Source: Leucoraja erinacea (Eukaryota). Taken from it: DNA of 64,000 nt. The position numbers and the translations under genes are program-made. The stretch spans positions 30,256,001 to 30,320,000 of the forward strand of contig NC_073399.1 in assembly GCF_028641065.1 (NCBI RefSeq), given 5' to 3'. The notes beneath the pieces were generated by a model, which did not search any database, was not told the DNA's origin, and worked only from the letters and a program-made list of their open reading frames with translations. The first letter of the stretch is position 1; every line of letters begins with the position of its first letter. This document shows positions 35,255 through 47,336 of this stretch, piece after piece.

Positions 35255-36520
35255 AAATTATTCCCACATAAGAGATTAGTATACAAATTTAAAGCACACA
35301 GTATTGGGGGGTTCAGTATTGATGTGGATAGAGAACTGGCTGGCAGACAGGAAGCAAAGAGTAGGAGTAAACGGGTCCTTTTCACAATGGCAGGCAGTGA
35401 CTAGTGGGGTACCTACCGCAAGGCTCAGTTCTGGGACCCCGGCTATTTACGATATATATTAATGATTTGGACGAGGGAATTGAATGCAACATCTCCAAGT
35501 TTGCGGATGACACAAAGCTGGGGGGCCCACATAAAGGGCAGTGTTAGCTGTGAGGAGGATGCTAGGAGGCTGCAAGGTGACTTGGATAGGCTGGGTGAGT
35601 GGCCAAATGAATGGCAGATGCAGTATAATGTGGATAAATGTAAGGTTATCCACTTTGGTGGCAAAAACAGGAAAGTAGATTATTATCTGAATGGTGGCCG
35701 ATTAGGAAAGGGGGAGATGCAATGAGACCTGGGTGTCATGGTACACCAGTCATTAAAAGTAGGCATGCAGGTGCAGCAGGCAGTGAAGAAGGCGAATGGT
35801 ATGTTAGCATTCATAACAAAAGGATTTGAGTATAGGAGCAGGGAGGTTCTACTGCAGGTTACACAAAAAAGCTGGAGAAACTCAGCGGGTGCAGCAGCAT
35901 CTATGAAGCGAAGGAAATAGGCATCTACTGCTGCAGTTGTACAGGGTCTTGGTGAGACCACACCTGGAGTATTGCATACAGTTTTGGTCTCCTAATCTGA
36001 GGAAAGACATTCTTGCCACAGAGGGAGTACAGAGAAGGTTCACCAGACTGATTCCTGGGATGTCAGGACTTTCATATGAAGAAAGACTGGATAGACTCGG
36101 TTTGTACTCGCTAGAATTTAGAAGATTGAGGGGGGATCTTATAGAAACTTACAAAATTCTTAAGGGGTTGGACAGGCTAGATGCAGGAAGATTGTTCCCG
36201 ATGTTGGGGAAGTCCAGAACAAGGGCTCACAGTTTAAGGATAAGGGGGAAATCTTTTAGGACCGAGATGTGGAAAACTTTTTTCACACAGAGAGTGGTGA
36301 ATCTCTGGAATTCTCTCGTGCAGAAGGTAGTTGAGGCCAGTTCATTGGCTATATTTAAGAGGGAGTTACATGTGGCCCTTGTGGCTAAAGGGATCAGGGG
36401 GTATGGAGAGAAGGCAGGTACAGGATACTGAGTTGGATGATCAGCCATGATCATATTGAATGGCGGTGCAGGCTCGAAGGGCCAAATGGCCTACTCCTGC
36501 ACCAATTTTCTATGTTTCTA
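35255..36520 (+). mobile_element. CR1/HER1 LINE 5'-truncated copy with a 66-bp nested insert
   Basis: KFADDTKL...RPHLEYCIQFWSP...FFTQRVVNLWN; ctatgtttctat tail. Confidence 0.93.
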
Positions 36521-36757
36521 TTCTTGACAATGTTTGTTTTTTGGGATTTGCCATGTGTGGTCTATAAGGAAGAACTAGTGGATGTAGCATACAAGACAAC
36601 TTGGGTGAAAATAAGTATTCGGCATACAGGTACAACATCCTTCATTTTGGAGAGGTTTCTTTTTCTTTTCCATATAATCCTGCCTGTAATGCAAGGATGC
36701 TGCTTAATTGATTTATATTTGACTACATTTATATCTGATTTTAAACTTTATTTTCAG

Positions 36758-36837
36758 TGCTTACGTTGCAGTCTTCATTCAGCCGTACACTTGGTCCTTT
36801 TACTTGGCTTCAGTCGTCATTGGCATAGCAGCCGCAG
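36758..36837 (+). CDS. MFSD11: MFSD11 exon 4
   Basis: AYVAVFIQPYTWSFYLASVVIGIAAA; AG/GT bounded. Confidence 0.93.
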
Positions 36838-39047
36838 GTCAGTATTATTTTTTATATCTATTAAGCAACATGAATAAAACACAAAGGAAGAGCTTTTAGT
36901 AAAGATCTCTATTATCTTTCAGATAGACAACTAATCAAATGTAATCCTGTTCATTCCCTTGATTAAAATAATGTTAAAAAATCCATAAGGAGGTAGTTTC
37001 TGTATTTTGATATTCATTTCATTGCATAAATCAAATTTAATCTATGTGTCTAATTATGGGAATAGATTGGTCAGGCAGCGTCCGTTAATGTTCTTGCAGT
37101 TCCAATAGAGGCCATTGACCTGGATCATTATTTATGGATTGCATTCATTACATTGTGTTTGGAAGATAAAAATCTGCATGTGTCTGTGTTAATATTGGTC
37201 TTCATTTATTAGTTGTTTTCAATGAGGTTCAGATTAGGCAACCACATTTTATTTCTATGTACCTAATTTTGTTTTATTTCTGAACTGTTGGCCTGCTCAG
37301 ATCATCCTTCTGTGAATGTTAGTGTTGTTTTGCCTTACTGAAGCATTGCTATGTAGTAAACAAATCGTTTGAAAAGTTCATCAGGCATGCAAATTCTTAT
37401 TTTTTTTATTCCAATGTACATATGCCAGCTCCCAATCTATAGATTCTTTCAGTTGGTATTTTCAGTTATTCTTTAAAAGTGTACCCATTGGGAATGTATT
37501 TTTCTTAATGTGACCAGATATCATGATTTCCTATAGAACTTGACATCTCTCGCTACCCACTCTCACTCCTCACCAGCAATTCTCATTTTTTACTTGTAAC
37601 GATGATTTTGTTATGAAAGACAAATGTTGCTGAATGTTTTACTCCCATTAATTGGCAGGAGATGAAGCTTTATTGATAAACTTTGAATGAAACTATGTCT
37701 TTTAGTCAGTTGCCCCCAGTAAAACTGATACAAGTCTTAACGTTTAAATTTTACCTTACAAATGGCAGTTTTATTTTGTTTGGAGATGCAGCCTGGAAAC
37801 TGCATCCTCGACCCACTGTGTCCACACCGACAATCAATCACCTGTTCACACTAGTTTCATCTTATCCCACTTTTGCACCTACTCCTGACACACTGGGGAA
37901 AATTAAGAGGCCAATTGATCTACAAATGCACGCACCTCTGGGATGTCGGAGGACACCGGAGCAGCTGGTGGACAGCAATGTCACAGGGAGAACGTGCAAA
38001 CTCTGCGCACACAGCACTTGAGGTCAGGGTTGAACCTGGGCCTCTGGTGCTGCCACTGTGCCACTTGTAGGTTTTAAATTATCCAAGTTATTAACATGTT
38101 TAAGGTGAAACACATTCAGGCAGGTTGTGGGGCATGGACAGAGCTACAGTTCAATTTCCTTTAATGCACATTTTCAATTGGAGAACTCAATTTCATTTTT
38201 TGTCTTTGAAAAATGTTCGTTCAAAATAACCTCTGGAGAATCATACAACCTCCTCCATTCACACCTGGCAAAAGTACTGCTGAAGAATTATTTTTGCTAC
38301 TCATCATTGGCAGCCATCTCTCATGACATTTTTCTTCTGAACTTTGACCTCAACAAAATCTCCTGAACTTGGCGAATGTAATCACAGTTTCCTTCTTTTT
38401 GGCTGTATTCAGGGATCAACCCTGTTTAGTGGAAAATTATTGGAATATTTTACTGTAATGAACAGTATATCTGGTTGCATTGGTTTTAAACTTCAATGTG
38501 CTATATCATGTTGACTTTTATTTCATTCAACAGGAAATTAGGCCTGGTTTTAGTTTTTCTTTGTAACTTCATTCCCTGATATTTGTCGCCTCTATTTCTG
38601 CCATTGATTTTTTTTTTTCAAGGGTAATTAAATATGTGCAGGTTTGAGACTAAGTAAATAAGAAGGACCTTGGTAGAGTGATCGCCAAACAAGGGGAATA
38701 GATTTTACTAATAAGTAATTAGTAGAAAGGTTGGAGAGGAAATGTGGGAAATTGTTTCCATCCACAGGGTGTTTAGAACTAATTGCCTAAAAGGCTGCTG
38801 AGCTGCTAGATGAATGAGTTAGTGGAATTGTGGATGTTACTCTGTGCAGTCAGTGCAGAAGGAGTAAATGCTATTGGTGTGCTAGGTCTGATGTTAATAA
38901 ATCAAAGTACTATATGTTATTTTAAATGAATTGCATTTTGAAGACTGGGAGAAATCTAACTGGAATGAATGCTTCCAATTAAATATTTTGCAATACTGCT
39001 TGAAATTTATTGAATGATTGAACATTTCTTTATTTGATGTTTTTCAG

Positions 39048-39144
39048 TGCTATGGACAGCACAAGGCAATTGTTTGACAATAAATTCGGATGAAAATACA
39101 ATTGGAAGAAACAGTGGCATATTTTGGGCTTTGTTGCAATTTAG
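39048..39144 (+). CDS. MFSD11: MFSD11 exon 5
   Basis: LWTAQGNCLTINSDENTIGRNSGIFWALLQF; AG/GT bounded. Confidence 0.95.
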
Positions 39145-39721
39145 GTATTTTTTTAAAGTGACAATAACTGAAATCTACTTGGATGTGCAAATGTGTGTAT
39201 TGTAGAATTTTTTCAAGGCAAGATATTTCCTACCTAATTTTATTCCTCTTTAAATATGGGCTTATGTATGCAAAATGGGCAAACATTTGCAAGTTTGTCC
39301 ATTTCTAAAAGTTACAGATCACCAACACGCTTTCACTTCCCCTAGATCAGTGTTACAACTTAAAAAAAATTAAAACTTTGCATGCTGCTTGTGTTTCTGA
39401 GGAAGTGAAAGCTTTTGATTGCTTGTTGGTGTGAGCTGTACCGTTTAGAAATTAACAAACTTGCATATGCTTGCCCATTTTTTACCCTTGGATGAATTCT
39501 CCAAACCCTCTCCCCTTTCACCATTCTTACCCAGTTGAAAAATGTTTTTAAATATAGCAGTATAATGGCATCTTTGGAATATATATGGTATATATAGTGT
39601 ATATATGTGTTTTATATAGTATATGTATGTGAGCTGTGATTTTTAGAAATTAACAAACTTGCATACACATGTGTGTGTGTACATACACCTATATTTATAT
39701 GTGCGTGTTCGTACGTGCACA

Positions 39722-39904
39722 NNNNNNNNNNNNNNNNNNNNNNNNNNNNNNNNNNNNNNNNNNNNNNNNNNNNNNNNNNNNNNNNNNNNNNNNNNNNNNN
39801 NNNNNNNNNNNNNNNNNNNNNNNNNNNNNNNNNNNNNNNNNNNNNNNNNNNNNNNNNNNNNNNNNNNNNNNNNNNNNNNNNNNNNNNNNNNNNNNNNNNN
39901 NNNN
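39722..39904. other. Assembly gap (183 N)
   Basis: Run of N flanked by TA/TG-rich, low-quality-looking sequence. Confidence 1.
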
Positions 39905-40626
39905 ATATATATGTGTATATGAATACTTGTCTTTTGGCTAATTGTAGCAATGTGTATATCAAGTCTATTTATATCAGATAAAGCATAACAATAAGTTTAA
40001 TTTGACACCTGTGTTTGTATCTCGAGTATATATTTTCATATATAGCATATTGTGTGTGATTTTTCTATATAACAAAAACGCTGTGATCGTACAGTCAAAA
40101 GTACCTTCTTAAAAATAAGAGAATATGTGTTATATAGATGAAGCATTCTGAAACAAATATATAAATATCTTATATGACCTGAAATTGTATATATTATAGT
40201 TGTGTAGCTATTTCAAACTTCAATTACTAGATCTATATATATATATAATAAATGATTAACATTTTAAATAGCCCAAGTGTCCAAATATATATCACAAATA
40301 ATACAATAAAACATGATTTATATATATTTACATCAATGTATGTGTATAATTTAGTGTTCAATTGTGTATATATAAATGTGTGGGTATATATATGTGTGAA
40401 CGTTATATGTGATTTGTGTATATGCCCAGAAAAATATATATAAGTGTGTGAGCTACTCTATCTATCTATACAGGGTATTCAGTAAAAATAAGGTACATAC
40501 TTTTGTGCTTTTTGGGGCTAATTGTGTCACTAGTCTTTTGCGACGGGGTCTTTCAGCGATTTTCCGTTAATGATTACTAGGCTGAACATTTTGATTGTAA
40601 ACTAATATTTTATTTCTTTATCCTAG

Positions 40627-40685
40627 TCTTTTATTTGGAAATCTGTATATATATTTTGCCTGGAAAGGAGAAAAGCATATTTCAG
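40627..40685 (+). CDS. MFSD11: MFSD11 exon 6
   Basis: LLFGNLYIYFAWKGEKHIS; AG/GT bounded. Confidence 0.93.
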
Positions 40686-41491
40686 GTCAGTTTTCTTTGC
40701 CTATGCTGCACAAATATAAGGAGGAACTTGGCCGTAACATTTTCTTGCAGACCACTGGTGCTGAATAGCAAATTTATAATGTTGACTCTTTTTTTTAATA
40801 CTTTAAAGTTTTGTTTCTGCATTGAAGGGGTTGCATCCACAACCTATACTGTTACACAATAGAATACCCCAAGAAACTAAAAATAAAGGAACAATTCTAA
40901 ATATTTTGAAATGGCATAATCATTTTGCATCAGCCTGTATGGCACTGTATAACTTTAATTTTTCTCCATGCTTATCTTTATTATTATACTTTAGTACCAA
41001 AGCTTTTCTATTGCAAATATTGGTGCGTGTTATGAGATTTTATACCTTATTTATTACATTTCAATAAAAGCCCTTGTTCAATAAAAGCCCTTGCAAAGGC
41101 AGTGTGTGAAGCACAACCCAATTGAAGACATTGTGGGGATTGTTCCTTTAATCCAAGTCTATTCTTCATTTTCCAGCAAGATATGACACATCTGAAAGCG
41201 TATACTATGTGACTAATGAATAAAGTGATTTAAGAGTTCTGCTTTTTTGTGGCCATATCAATGTTTCAATACTCTTTTGTGTTCACATCAATAGGCAACT
41301 GTCATCATAATAGTCCTATTCTATGAGGTGATGTTTGATGTTTTAAGGAGCCATGCTCTGTTCCTGAATAAGACATGAGCTGGCCACCTTCTCTTACAGC
41401 TTCTTCTTCTGTTCTTAGTTATAGTTTCTTGCTATTTTATAAACGTTAGTTGCTTCATCATCTCATTGTAGTTTTGTTTGGGTATTTTCAG

Positions 41492-41636
41492 ATTATAATC
41501 GTAGGACTGTTTATACTGCACTCACTGTGATCAGTTTGGTGGGAAGTGTTTTCTTCATTCTTATAAGGAAACCCATCTCAGAGGTTCAGTCCACAGAAAA
41601 CAATGTACCTGATGATGAGCATGAACCTTTGATTAG
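41492..41636 (+). CDS. MFSD11: MFSD11 exon 7
   Basis: YNRRTVYTALTVISLVGSVFFILIRKP...DDEHEPLI; AG/GT bounded. Confidence 0.93.
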
Positions 41637-41868
41637 GTAAACTTTTTTACTTTCATTTAAAAAGAAGTAATACCTACCTCTTGTAGTTATTTAAAGTTTG
41701 GAACATTTTTTTGCACGTTGTTCAAGAAATCTAGACAAAGATGAACAATTCCACATTAGGGCAATTTTAGATTTTATTTTGTTGTTTGATAGTGTATGTG
41801 TGTAAATAACAAAATTGCTGAAAAGAGTTTTATTTCACTTTGTGGGCATTGAGTACATGTACTATACA

Positions 41869-42877
41869 CAATGCCGTCCATAATGTTTGAGACAGACCCA
41901 TCATTTATTTATTTGCCTCTGTACTCCACAATTTGAGATTTGTAATAGAAAAAAAAAAATCACATGTGGTTAAAGTGCACATTGTCAGATTTTATTAAAG
42001 GCCATTTTTATACATTTTGGTTTCACCATATAGAAATTACAGCTGTGTTAATACATAGTTCCCTCCCCCCGAAGATTAATATATCATAATGATGGCAAGA
42101 GCAGAGAAGGAACTGCCCAAGATCCAAAGCATACCACCTCATCTGTGAAACATGGTGGTAGGGGTGTTATGGCCTGGGCATGTATGGTTGCTGAAGGTAC
42201 TTGCTCACTTATCTTCATTGATTAGACAACTGCTGATGGTAGTAGCATAATTAATTCTGAAGTGTATAGACACATCCTATCTGCTCAAGTTCAAACAAAT
42301 GCCTCAAAACTGGTGGTTCATTCTATAGCAAGTCAATGATCCCAAACATACTACTAAAGCAACAAAGGAGTTTTTCAAAGCTAAAAAATGATCAATTCTT
42401 GAGTGGTCGTCAATCACCTGATCTGAACCCAATTGTGCATGCCTTTTATATGCTGAAGAGAAAACTGAAGGGAACTAGCCCCCAAAACAAGCATAAGCTA
42501 AAGATGGCTGTAATGCAGGCTTGGCAGAGCATCACCAGAGAAGACACCCAGCAACTGATGATGTCCATGAATCACAGACTTCAGGCAGTCATTGCATGCT
42601 AAGGCTATGCAACAAGATACTAAACATGACTCCTTTTATTTACATGACATTGCTGTGTCCCAAACATTATGGTGCATTGAAATGGGGCGACTGTATAAAT
42701 ATTGCTGTAATTTCTACATGGTGAAACCAAAATGTATAAAAATTGCCTTTATTAAAATCTGACAATGTGCACTTGAACCACATGAGATTTTTTTTCTATT
42801 ACAAATCTCAAATTGCAGAGTACAAAGGTAAATAAATAAATGATGCGTCTTTGTCCCAAACATTATGGAGGGCACTG
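41869..42877 (+). mobile_element. Tc1 element, internally deleted, ~200-bp IR/DR-type TIRs
   Basis: caatgccgtccataatgtttg ... caaacattatggagggcactg|TA; VKHGG.GVMAWAC...NDPKH...QSPDLNPI remnants. Confidence 0.92.
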
Positions 42878-43795
42878 TAATGGGAAACGATTTAATATGA
42901 ATCTGAGGGGTAACTTTTTCACACAAAGGGTGGTGGATGTATGGAACAAGCTGCCAGAGGAGGTAGTTCAGGCAGAGACTATCCCAACATTTAAGAAACA
43001 GTTAGACACGTACACGGATAGGACAAGTTTTTAGCAATATGCGGGCAGCTGGGACTAGTGTAGCTGGGACACATTGGCCGGTGTGAGCAAGTTGGGCCGA
43101 AGAGCCCGTTTCCATACTATCTCTCTATGACTATATACTCGGCTTTTAAAAGCAATCATATTCTCATTAATATAAATATGCAAACCTTTTCAAATCTCGA
43201 CCAATGCAAGTCAAATTACAATGCTTATAGACTTGGACGATTGAGGTCTGAGAGCAGGAATGGCACTTGCATCATTTGTAACATGCTGCTGTAAATGCAT
43301 TTTTTCCCTGTTTGTTCAGTTCTCTATTTTCCCTGAATCAGTTGTACTCTTTATAAGCAGTTCAGATAACTTGTCTATATTCTAAATGCATGGCAGTTTA
43401 GTAGCTTCATAAAAATGTATTCAACAACAAATATTGATATACTATCTTCAACACTTTTATTGTTCCATGCACAAATACTGATTATTTTACTCAACAATGT
43501 TTCAATTTATAGGACGTGCAAATATGTTGTGCAAATTAAATATGCATATCAGAACAAATGAAAGGTAATTCTAAGACCTTTGACTAGCTTGATCAAATTT
43601 TGATCCATAATTATGCTGAGCAAGCAAGAGCAACCATTATTATTTGTTTAGCTGTGTGCTGTACTCATTTGATGAGATGTACCTATTCAATTGGATATCA
43701 AATATAAATCAAACTCCACTAAGTCCAGGATTCTGTGGTACTTGGCTTTACAGGTCTTTGTTAACGATGTTAACATTGTTTTGCATCATTTGCAG

Positions 43796-43833
43796 AACTC
43801 AAGAACAGCCATCACAAGCAGTAGCTGCATTCA
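43796..43833 (+). CDS. MFSD11: MFSD11 exon 8
   Basis: TQEQPSQAVAAF; gcag| and |gtaagt; keeps frame between exons 7 and 9. Confidence 0.85.
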
Positions 43834-43944
43834 GTAAGTCTTTTTCATGTATATTTGCACTCGCCCAATATTCGCTAATTTATTAGATGCCTATCTTAAA
43901 ATCTCTTGCATGCTAATTTACATTATTTTATTTTCTTCAAATAG

Positions 43945-44010
43945 AAAGTGCAATCAACATATTTTTAACCAAGGAAATACTGCTTCTAAGTGTTTGCATT
44001 GCCTACACAG
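43945..44010 (+). CDS. MFSD11: MFSD11 exon 9
   Basis: SAINIFLTKEILLLSVCIAYT; AG/GT bounded. Confidence 0.92.
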
Positions 44011-44840
44011 GTAAGGTTTGAATGGTAACTAGATTAGTTATTTCTTCAATTCTTGTTTTCCTGTACATAATGGGTCAAAATAATTGCTGTAAGTTTAGTT
44101 TAGAGATACAGCGTGGGAAAAAAAAGGCCCACACGACCAGCGTTGACACCCCTACACTAGTTCTATTCTACACACTAGGAACAATTTAAATAAGCAAATT
44201 AACCTTCAAATCTGCACGTCTTTGGAATATGGGAGGAAACTGGAACATCCGGAGAAAATCCACGTGGTCACAGGCGAACATGCAAACCCCATACAGTCAG
44301 CAGCCGTAGTCTAGACCAAATCCAGGCCTCTTACGCTGTGAGGAAGCAACTCTAACGCTGTGCCAATGTACCACCCTATATTTCAAATATATTTGAAATT
44401 AATTGTTAATGGAGTGATTAAAATTGGTTTGTTAATGTAACAATATATATAAAACAAGCACGTGTTAATATCTTAACATATGTGTAACATTTTTATGAAT
44501 TGAAATGCATTAAAAAAACTTTTAAGGAAAAAAATGTTCCCAATGCTGATAAAAGGATGGCTGGACTTAGTCATGGTCCTCAGTACATACCTGACTGTTA
44601 GAGAAATGTCGTCTGCTTTCCAAGCTCATATACATCTCCATGATCTGAGTGTCATGGATTATGTTTACACTTCATCTGTGTAGGTTCAGTTTATTTGCCG
44701 GTTGGCTATCTGTTGGTATAGCTGATACATTACCTGGCTAATGCAAAGTAAAATGTGAAGAAATCACTTGTACTTCAGAATAGAAATTGAAGGTTGTCTA
44801 ATAAGTGAACCGATAACATGTTGAATTGTTTCTTTTCTAG

Positions 44841-44966
44841 GGCTTGAGCTAACATTTTTCAGTGGGGTCTACGGTACATGCTTGGGAGCAACAAATTATT
44901 TTGGGGATGAAGCAAAAAGCTTGATTGGTTTAAGTGGCATCTTCGTTGGTGTTGGAGAGATTATAG
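44841..44966 (+). CDS. MFSD11: MFSD11 exon 10
   Basis: LELTFFSGVYGTCLGATNYFGDEAKSLIGLSGIFVGVGEII; AG/GT bounded. Confidence 0.95.
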
Positions 44967-45051
44967 GTTTGTAATCGTTTGCTGTTTGTTATTATAAAAA
45001 ATAAACTTTGTTAAATGAAAATACATTTATTTCTTTTGTACTCATTTTTAG

Positions 45052-45238
45052 GTGGTGCAACTTTTGGATTACTGAATAAATTCCTCAGCAAGTATCTTGG
45101 CATTGGCAGAAACCCTGTAGTTCTTCTGGGTTTATTCTGCCATATTTTAGCCTACTATCTCATATTCTTAAACGTGCCAAATGATGCACCAGTTGTTTCT
45201 GATGTTGGGACAAATGAAGCTGCTTATCTAATTCCAAG
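45052..45238 (+). CDS. MFSD11: MFSD11 exon 11
   Basis: GATFGLL...GRNPVVLLGLFCHILAYYLIFLNVPNDAP...AYLIP; AG/GT bounded. Confidence 0.94.
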
Positions 45239-45718
45239 GTTGGTCATATACTTTGATTTGCACTTCTGTCTCATGTAAATGCAGTATTAGTAACGAGTTG
45301 GGTACTATTGGGTCAGAAATGCTTAGACATAAAAACAGCTTTTTTTCCATGAGCAGTAGCTCTACTCAACAGCCAAATGTGTGTAGCCTCCTTTTACTCT
45401 GGTATTTTATTTTATTCTTCACATGTTTAAATTATAACGGTTTATTTTTAATTGTCTACTGTGTATTGTGCTGTTTTCCTTGCGAGCAAAGCACCAAGGC
45501 TTTGTGTTTATACATACTTGGCTAATAAAATTTATTCAATTCAATTCAATCATTTGTTTCAATGCATGGGCTAAATATTTTCAAAAGCTAAGGTTTTTTT
45601 TTGTAGCTAGATAACAGCAGTTTACGTTTAAAAAGAAATAATATGATAGTTATGGAAGAGAATGGCCCTGTTTGCAGCGATGAATTTTCCAGCTCACGAT
45701 ATGCCTTTTGATCCCCAG

Positions 45719-45854
45719 CAAATTTATCGCAATAGCATGCAGTTTCCTTCTGGGACTGGGAGACAGCTGTTTCAACACACAACTCCTCAGCCTTGTGGGA
45801 TTTATGTATGCCAAAGAGAGTGCTCCTGCGTTTGCTGTCTTCAAGTTTGTGCAG
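45719..45854 (+). CDS. MFSD11: MFSD11 exon 12
   Basis: KFIAIACSFLLGLGDSCFNTQLLSLVGFMYAKESAPAFAVFKFVQ; AG/GT bounded. Confidence 0.95.
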
Positions 45855-46117
45855 GTAAGAATGAAAAAGCTTTCTAATGAACTCAGATTCAGATTCAATT
45901 TTAATTGTCATTGTCAGTGTACAGTACAGAGACAACGAAATGCAAATTAACTAAAACATAGTTAAATAAATGTATTGTCATTTTTAATATTTAACAAGAA
46001 AAATGTTTTCAATACGCATACTGGTATTACCAGGTCTTTTTATGCTATACCTGCATCAGAGCTGCCGATTCTTCCACTAAAATATTTTCTTTCTCTTCCC
46101 ACCCCTGCCCTCCCCAG

Positions 46118-46279
46118 TCTATCAGTGCAGCAATCGCATTTGGTTACAGCAATTACCTAATGCTTCAATGGCAACTACTTATCCTCTGCCTGACTGCATT
46201 CTGCGGTACCATCTCCTTCATCCTCGTGGAGTGGAATGCAAAATCGAGTTTCACCAGCCGTGGTTATGATCGTATTTGA
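46118..46279 (+). CDS. MFSD11: MFSD11 terminal exon 13
   Basis: SISAAIAFGYSNYLMLQWQLLIL...VEW...RGYDRI stop; total CDS 1356 nt. Confidence 0.94.
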   Translation, partial: SISAAIAFGYSNYLMLQWQLLILCLTAFCGTISFILVEWNAKSSFTSRGYDRI

Positions 46280-47300
46280 CGAAGAAACAAGCTATTTTTG
46301 AAGAATATACACTTTTAGAATATACATTTTTAAATCCTATTTTTATTAAATTTCACTTTTATTGTGATGAGCAATTTTAATTTACTGTGCAAAAGTTTTC
46401 AAAGCATTTTCAAAACTAGTGTAATTTAAGGATTTATCTAGAAAAATATATATAATAAGGTCAGTGCAATGAACAAGCTGACTGAAAGCTGGGCACTAAA
46501 GGGTTTGTACAATAATTTGGGCAAAGAATTCTGCTCAAAAACCATGCACTCTTGAAATATTCTGATTGAACTAAAATCTGAATATTCGGAATTATTTAAC
46601 TACTGTACGGAAATGCTGTTTTAAGCATTTTCCCAGTGGCATCCAAAAGCATCATTTAGAACCAAGATTTTATTATTTGCCAAACAGATATACTACTAAA
46701 AAAGTAACAGATTCCATTAACATGGAGCAAAGAAGACATGTTTTTATTTGTAACACAGTAATTTGAGATATTTCCAGTAGTTTTTGGATAAGGTTAAAAT
46801 TCTTTAAACTTACAGAGAATCACTATTTGAAAGTTCCCCTTACATCAAATGGTACATCATTCGTATTGATTCTTCTAAATGTACATCGAAATTACTTGAA
46901 ATATATCTTCCCAATTTTATCGGTGATTACACTAAGATTTTTATAATTACTTTCATTTGGTGTTGGTAGTTTACATAATAAAACAGTGTTTTATGTCAGC
47001 TATTTTCGACTTTGCAGAAATATGTCCAGTGGTCACATTAGTGATGCAGTATTGTATGGTTACTAATTGTGATGAGAACTGAAATTATTTGGCTATAAAA
47101 TTGATTCATTTTGCTGTGTTTTGATAGTTTATTAAAAAAAATAGCATTTGAAACTGCTACTGAATTTGAAGAAGCTACTGAAGTTGAAGCAAATGAGAAG
47201 GAATTTAAATGCTAATTACTGTATTGATAACAGCAACTGTATTTTATAATAGTTAGGATTCTATTAATGAGTTTTATTTGATTCCGTTTGAGTTTAATTT

Positions 47301-47336
<36 letters not shown>

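Noticed and set aside
39270-40460. Inverted and duplicated segments and TA-rich sequence around the gap
   Set aside because: Looks like low-quality consensus next to the N run; structure not trustworthy.
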